Source: Bacteroidaceae bacterium
Lineage (GTDB): Bacteria; Bacteroidota; Bacteroidia; Bacteroidales; Bacteroidaceae
Reading direction: 5' to 3'
Length of the DNA stretch: 64,000 bases
Assembly (NCBI GenBank): GCA_024401305.1
Contig: JAKSLI010000012.1
Span: 2,672-66,671 of the forward strand
Part shown: positions 59,050 to 64,000 of the stretch, piece after piece
How positions within the stretch are numbered: position 1 is the stretch's first letter
How the letters are laid out: each line of letters begins with the position of its first letter
The notes under the pieces: generated by a model
Seen by the model: only the letters and a program-made list of their open reading frames with translations
The model's database searches: none
Told to the model about the DNA's origin: nothing
Translations under genes and position numbers: made by a program

Positions 59050-59952
59050 ATGCGTAAACTGTTATCCATAATCCTTGTTCTGATAGTAGCCATCAATTCC
59101 AATGCACAGGAACTGATGGCTAAGGTTACCATTAACCATAATCAGATACAGGGAACTGATGCCAGCGTTTTCGACAACCTTCAGGAAACTCTTGAACAGT
59201 TCATCAACGAGAAGCAATGGACACAGTATCAGTTTCAGCAGAACGAGCGCATTAGCTGCAACTTCAACATCACCGTAACGAAGTACGACCAAGGCAGCGG
59301 ACTCTTCTCATGCAATGCTCTCATCCAGGCTAACCGCCCTGTGTATAATTCGGCATATACCACCACATTATATAATAATAGGGACAACAATTTCGACTTC
59401 TCTTTCGCGCAGTTCGACCAGTTGAACTTCAACGAAGAGACCGTTGACAACCAGCTCACGGCTCTCTGCGCTTACTATGCTTACCTCATCATCGGACTCG
59501 ACCTTGACTCCTTTTCACCAATGGGCGGCGAGGAAGTATTGCAGAAGTGCATGTATCTCGTTAACAATGCGCAGAGCCTTGAATATGTTGGTTGGAAAGC
59601 ATTCGAGAACGACCGCAACCGCTTCGCCATCATCAACGATTACCTCGAAGAAGCCATGAAGCCTTTCCGTCAGTTGCAGTATGACTATTACCGCAAGGGA
59701 CTCGACGAGATGGCAAACAATGTGGAGCGTGGCAGAACAGAAATCACCACAGCCATTGAGAACAACCTCAAGAAAGCCCACGAAGACCGTCCTCTTAGCA
59801 TGTTGCCAATGATCTGGACAGACTACAAGAAAGAAGAACTTGCCAACATATACAAAGGCAAGGGCACTCCGAAAGAGAAAGAATCCGTTTACGACATCCT
59901 CTTCAAGATCAACGCTTCACAGAACAGCAGTTGGGAGAAGATCAAGCAGTAA
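59050..59952 (+). CDS. DUF4835 protein (T9SS-associated PorD-like)
   Basis: Signal peptide then AQEL.A.V.IN, RPVYNS.Y.T, AYYAY.IIG.D.DSF...GG, YYR.GLD.M; follows coaBC as in other Bacteroidota. Confidence 0.8.
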   Translation: MRKLLSIILVLIVAINSNAQELMAKVTINHNQIQGTDASVFDNLQETLEQFINEKQWTQYQFQQNERISCNFNITVTKYDQGSGLFSCNALIQANRPVYNSAYTTTLYNNRDNNFDFSFAQFDQLNFNEETVDNQLTALCAYYAYLIIGLDLDSFSPMGGEEVLQKCMYLVNNAQSLEYVGWKAFENDRNRFAIINDYLEEAMKPFRQLQYDYYRKGLDEMANNVERGRTEITTAIENNLKKAHEDRPLSMLPMIWTDYKKEELANIYKGKGTPKEKESVYDILFKINASQNSSWEKIKQ

Positions 59953-59984
59953 ACATATTATATATATATCAAATAACTAAATCA

Positions 59985-60890
59985 ATGATCGCCACAATCG
60001 GATTCTTTGACGGCATGCACGAAGGCCACAGATATGTTATCTCGCAGGTTACGCAACTTGCAGAGAAGCGTGGCGATGGCTCTATCGTGTTCACTTTCGA
60101 CCGTCATCCGGCATCGCTGTTCTGTCCGGAGAAAGCACCAAAGTTGCTGCTTACTCCAGAGGAGAAGATGGACAAGATTGCGGCTTGTGGCGTGGAAGAT
60201 GTAGTAATGTTTGAGTTTGACGAGGAACTGGCTTCCCTTACGACAAGCGAGTTTCTGCAAATCCTGAAGGAGGATTATGCCGTTGATACTCTACTGCTCG
60301 GCTACGACAATCATTTCGGAAAGAAAGAGAAAGATTCTGATGGCAACTTCATCAACCCAACTTTCGACGACTATGTGAAGAAAGGCAAAGAGGAAGGCGT
60401 GAGGATAAAGCGTTTGGAGGAATTCCACCACGAGGACAACGAATGCGAAACAACCTCTTCCTCTCTCATACGCTCTCTCCTACTCGATGGCAATCTCAAG
60501 GAAGCAAACCTGCGTCTTGGCTACAATTACGAATTGTCAGGAAAAGTGGTAAGTGGCTATCAGATAGGCAGAAAGATAGGTTTCCCTACAGCAAACCTTC
60601 AAGTTCAGGACAAGCTTATTCCTAAGCACGGAGTTTATGCTGCAAAAGCGAAGATAGCTGGCGGAGAAGAGAAACTGAAAGCAATTGTAAACATCGGCAG
60701 TCGCCCTACTTTCAACGGTTCTGAAACAACCGTCGAAGTTCACATAATAGACTTCAAGAGCGACATCTACGACGCAGAAATAACAATCGAACTGATTGCA
60801 AGATTGCGAGACGAACACAAATTCGACTCTGCAGAAGAACTCATCAATCAGATAAATAAGGACAAGGCCGCTGCACTGGAAGTCTTGTAA
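59985..60890 (+). CDS. ribF: Bifunctional riboflavin kinase/FAD synthetase
   Basis: TIGFFDG.H.GH, GYDNHFG, SSS.IR, GRKIGFPTAN, NIG.RPT, EVHI. Confidence 0.95.
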   Translation: MIATIGFFDGMHEGHRYVISQVTQLAEKRGDGSIVFTFDRHPASLFCPEKAPKLLLTPEEKMDKIAACGVEDVVMFEFDEELASLTTSEFLQILKEDYAVDTLLLGYDNHFGKKEKDSDGNFINPTFDDYVKKGKEEGVRIKRLEEFHHEDNECETTSSSLIRSLLLDGNLKEANLRLGYNYELSGKVVSGYQIGRKIGFPTANLQVQDKLIPKHGVYAAKAKIAGGEEKLKAIVNIGSRPTFNGSETTVEVHIIDFKSDIYDAEITIELIARLRDEHKFDSAEELINQINKDKAAALEVL

Positions 60891-60897
60891 AACGAAC

Positions 60898-61272
60898 TTA
60901 CTCCGTCTTCAGGAATGCGAAGGCAACGGCTGCAACGAGGCAGATGAAGGATGCGATGTGATTCCAATGAAGCGATTCGCCCTTGAACATTACCATTGCA
61001 ATTATCGTGAAGACAGTGAGAGAGATTACCTCCTGAATGATCTTCAACTGAAAGAGAGTGAACGGACCTCCATTGCCAATGAAACCGATTCTGTTGCTTG
61101 GCACTTGCAGGCAGTATTCAAAGAAAGCCAATCCCCAAGAGAAAAGTATTACTCCGATCAACGGCCAACTGTTGGAAATGTTCATCTCCTGAAGTTTCAG
61201 GTGACCGTACCACGCGAGTGTCATGAAGATATTTGAACCAATAAGAAGGAGAATTGTGTAGAGAGAGTTCAT
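60898..61272 (-). CDS. DMT-family small membrane protein
   Basis: SNIFMT.AWYGHLK, SWG.A.FEY.LQVP.NRIG, QLKIIQEVI. Confidence 0.88.
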   Translation of the reverse strand: MNSLYTILLLIGSNIFMTLAWYGHLKLQEMNISNSWPLIGVILFSWGLAFFEYCLQVPSNRIGFIGNGGPFTLFQLKIIQEVISLTVFTIIAMVMFKGESLHWNHIASFICLVAAVAFAFLKTE

Positions 61273-61274
61273 AG

Positions 61275-61427
61275 AGCCTAACCAAGCCTTCCCAAAGGGA
61301 AGGATGTTTAAATGATTTATAGGAATGATATGTTAGAAAGTAAGTAAGTGATCATGTTTTATTTTATAATAAATATAGCGAACAAGTCTATTAAACATCC
61401 CTCCCTTCGGGAGGGCTTGGGTGGGCT
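61275..61427. repeat. Inverted pair of GC-rich palindromic repeats (REPIN/BIME-like)
   Basis: agcctaaccaagccttcccaaagggaaggatgtttaa and ttaaacatccctcccttcgggagggcttgggtgggct face each other across an AT-rich spacer. Confidence 0.8.
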
Positions 61428-62371
61428 TGGGCTTTCCTCTCATGTTTCCACAACTGCCATGAATTGAAGATGTTCTGCCAAAGAATGTAGCAGCCAGGAG
61501 CTATGGAAGAAACGGGATTAAGATATGTGAATGCACACCAGATGGCAAGGGTTGTATTCTTCTGGCCAAGTCCCTGTCCGCCGTCGATGCGATTGCCGAA
61601 ATGTTCGCCAAGGTTCTTTCCCACAAAGAATTGCACAGCCGTTACAAGTGCAGCAGAAAGTGCTATCCAAAGCAGGAAGATGTGGGGAATGTCTGTATGG
61701 AAAATGTTGCGAACCGTTACGCCTGTTACGGCAGCAAGCATTATTGCCCAAAGATAGAAGCCGAGATCCTTTATACCTGCAATTGCCTGATAAACCTTTG
61801 GCATATAGTGTTTTACGAAGGCTGCAAGAAAGAGTGGCAAGAGAAGAATCTTAACCGTCTTGTCGAGAATGACGAGAGCTGCGGAAACGAAGGTCAGGTC
61901 TGCCTGCTTCTCTATGAGAGGGAAAAGCAGCGGCATTGAGAATACGGCAACAACATTGCTGAGAAGCGTGTAAGTGGTCATCTCCGTAAGATTGCCGCCA
62001 AGCTTATTCGATACAACGGAAGCAGCTATTGCCGAAGGACAGATGATGCAGATGAGCATACCTTCTATGAGAATCTTCATCTCTCCTTCCAAACCGAAAG
62101 CGAGAATTGCACCAACACAAGCAACAGACATCAGCAACTGTGCGACGATAATTGCCAGATGCCATTTCCTCACGCCAACCTCATGATAGTTGAGCTTAAG
62201 GAATGTTACGAAGAGAATCAGTGACATTGCCCATGGCAAGAGGTCAGTTACTATGGGATTCAGCACATCTCCTGCCTTGTCCAGAAAGGGCAAGTAGTAG
62301 AACAGCAGGTAGATTATTGTACCCGTTGCTATGGAAACAGGAAGAGTGAAAGTCTTTAGAAACTTTTTCAT
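61391..62371 (-). CDS. Bile acid:sodium symporter-family transporter
   Basis: About 9-10 TM segments; ICP.A.AASV...KLGG, GQ.LGQKNT, PG.Y.LWQN..NSWQL. Confidence 0.82.
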   Translation of the reverse strand: MKKFLKTFTLPVSIATGTIIYLLFYYLPFLDKAGDVLNPIVTDLLPWAMSLILFVTFLKLNYHEVGVRKWHLAIIVAQLLMSVACVGAILAFGLEGEMKILIEGMLICIICPSAIAASVVSNKLGGNLTEMTTYTLLSNVVAVFSMPLLFPLIEKQADLTFVSAALVILDKTVKILLLPLFLAAFVKHYMPKVYQAIAGIKDLGFYLWAIMLAAVTGVTVRNIFHTDIPHIFLLWIALSAALVTAVQFFVGKNLGEHFGNRIDGGQGLGQKNTTLAIWCAFTYLNPVSSIAPGCYILWQNIFNSWQLWKHERKAQAHPSPPEGRDV

Positions 62372-62403
62372 TATTACCCAAATCTTTTTACCTTTTAACT
62401 ATT

Positions 62404-63873
62404 TTACCCTCTTCTTACCAACTGCACAACATTCTCCACATGAGGAGTATGAGGGAACATATCTACAGGTTGCACCTTTGTGACCTTGTAGTCCACATCA
62501 AGCAACTGAAGATCGCGAGCCTGTGTTGCAGGGTTGCAACTGACATACACGATGCGCTTTGGCTTCGCATTTAGGATAACATTTATAACGTCCTGATGCA
62601 TTCCAGCACGAGGTGGGTCGGTAATGATAACATCTGGTTCGCCATGCTTCTTCACGAACTCGTCTGTAAGAATGTCCTTCATGTCGCCAGCATAGAACTC
62701 CGTGTTCTTAACATTATTAATCTCGGAATTTATCTTAGCATCCTCGATAGCCTCTGGCACATACTCGATGCCGATGACATGCTTTGCCTTGCCAGCCACG
62801 AAGTTTGCGATTGTTCCAGTTCCTGTGTAAAGGTCATAGACAAACTCCTCGCCAGTGAGTTCTGCAAAGCTGCGAGCCACCTTGTAAAGTTCAAGAGCCT
62901 GCTCCGTATTCGTCTGGTAGAAACTCTTTGGACCAACCTTGAAGCGGAGGTCTTCCATGAGTTCAAAGATGTGGTCGTTGCCGTAATATACATTAACCGG
63001 CAGATCGCCGAAAGTGTCGTTACACTTCTGGTTATCTACCCAAAGAAGCGAAGTAATCTCAGGGAAATGTTGATGAATAGCCTCCATCATTCCCATCGCC
63101 TTAGCATGGTCGGAATCATAGTTCTCATGATCAAGCTTGAATTGCACGAGAAGCATCCATTCGCCTGAGTTTGAGTTGCGAATCATCATATCGCGAAGCA
63201 AGCCATGCTGACCGCGAACATCGAAGAACGCGAAATCATGATCGTTGGCATAGTCGCGAATAAAGTTGCGAAGGCGGTTCTGTAGGTCGTCCATCAAGTG
63301 GCACTTCTCGATAGGATAAATCTTGTCGAAAGCACCCGTGATATGGAAACCAACGGCATTCATATTGTCGTATTTCACGCCCGAACGCACCTCGTCAAGG
63401 GTGAGCCAACGCTTGTTTGAGCAACTGAACTCCACCTTGTTGCGATATTCAAACTCCTTCACACTGCCAAGCACAGGCTGAATCTCAGGAAGTTCAATCT
63501 TGCCGATGCGATGAAGCTGGTCTGATACCTGCTTGTGCTTCATGCGTAACTGCTCCTCGTAAGGAATCATCTGCCATTTGCAACCGCCACAAATTCCGAA
63601 GTGCTGGCACTTTGGCTGACGACGGCGCTCGCTGTATTTGATGAAGCGAACGGCTTCACCCTCAATGAACGAGTTCTTCTTTCTGCGCACCTGCACATCA
63701 ACGATGTCGCCTGGCACAGTCCAAGGCACGAAGAGCACGAGCGGATGCTGCACGCCGTTCTCATCGACATTGCTGTTGCCATACATTATACGCGCCAAAG
63801 ACTTTCCTTCAGCAGCATAGTCAGTTATCTCTATTCCCTCCAGAAGAGGAAGCGGTTTCTTTGTTCTTGCCAT
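62404..63873 (-). CDS. rlmD: 23S rRNA (uracil-1939-C5)-methyltransferase
   Basis: TRAM domain, C.HFG.CGGC Fe-S motif, YRNK, SFYQTN, DLYTGTG, DPPRAG, YVSCNPATQARD, DMFPHT.HVE; start set at ATG 63873. Confidence 0.95.
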   Translation of the reverse strand: MARTKKPLPLLEGIEITDYAAEGKSLARIMYGNSNVDENGVQHPLVLFVPWTVPGDIVDVQVRRKKNSFIEGEAVRFIKYSERRRQPKCQHFGICGGCKWQMIPYEEQLRMKHKQVSDQLHRIGKIELPEIQPVLGSVKEFEYRNKVEFSCSNKRWLTLDEVRSGVKYDNMNAVGFHITGAFDKIYPIEKCHLMDDLQNRLRNFIRDYANDHDFAFFDVRGQHGLLRDMMIRNSNSGEWMLLVQFKLDHENYDSDHAKAMGMMEAIHQHFPEITSLLWVDNQKCNDTFGDLPVNVYYGNDHIFELMEDLRFKVGPKSFYQTNTEQALELYKVARSFAELTGEEFVYDLYTGTGTIANFVAGKAKHVIGIEYVPEAIEDAKINSEINNVKNTEFYAGDMKDILTDEFVKKHGEPDVIITDPPRAGMHQDVINVILNAKPKRIVYVSCNPATQARDLQLLDVDYKVTKVQPVDMFPHTPHVENVVQLVRRG

Positions 63874-63875
63874 TG

Positions 63876-63907
63876 GTGAGGTTGTGAGGTTATGAGGTTG
63901 TGAGGTT
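63876..63907. repeat. 8-bp tandem repeat x4 in the rlmD leader
   Basis: gtgaggtt gtgaggtt atgaggtt gtgaggtt. Confidence 0.85.
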
Positions 63908-63923
63908 TTACCATAAAACCGCG

Positions 63924-63931
63924 CAAAATTA
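63924..63931 (-). promoter_or_regulatory. -7 promoter element for rlmD
   Basis: Reverse complement is TAATTTTG. Confidence 0.55.
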
Positions 63932-64000
63932 CAAAATATCAAGAAACTATACGAAACAAAAGTTTATTTTTCCTCCAAAACGGCAGTTTTCCTATTATGA

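Overview
Chromosomal segment of a Bacteroidales bacterium, Prevotellaceae-like by TAnnTTTG promoters, SD-less A-rich starts, and T9SS parts with a Prevotella-type CTD. It is mostly housekeeping genes (rpmA end, typA, PBP1A, proS, phoH, three FKBP PPIases, folE, cobB, kdsB, radA, gpsA, lysS, dnaN, coaBC, ribF, rlmD), plus two SusC/D-less CAZyme clusters. These clusters contain two unusual fusions: GH28-GH35-CBM32, and a secreted cellobiose-2-epimerase-like domain joined to a clan-A GH. The best candidate for an undescribed system is a PqqD/RRE + HPr-kinase-like + Ser-His S26 peptidase triad behind proS, which has no precursor or cyclase nearby and is followed by a DUF5686 outer-membrane protein. 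Also notable are a GC-rich palindromic repeat found twice in-frame inside one GH2 and as an inverted REPIN-like pair, several 100-150 bp intercistronic inverted-repeat elements with short-period arms, and an uncharacterised GH18-like lipoprotein/helical protein pair. No rRNA, tRNA, CRISPR, transposase or integrase was seen. All calls come from motif recognition by eye, with no database searches.
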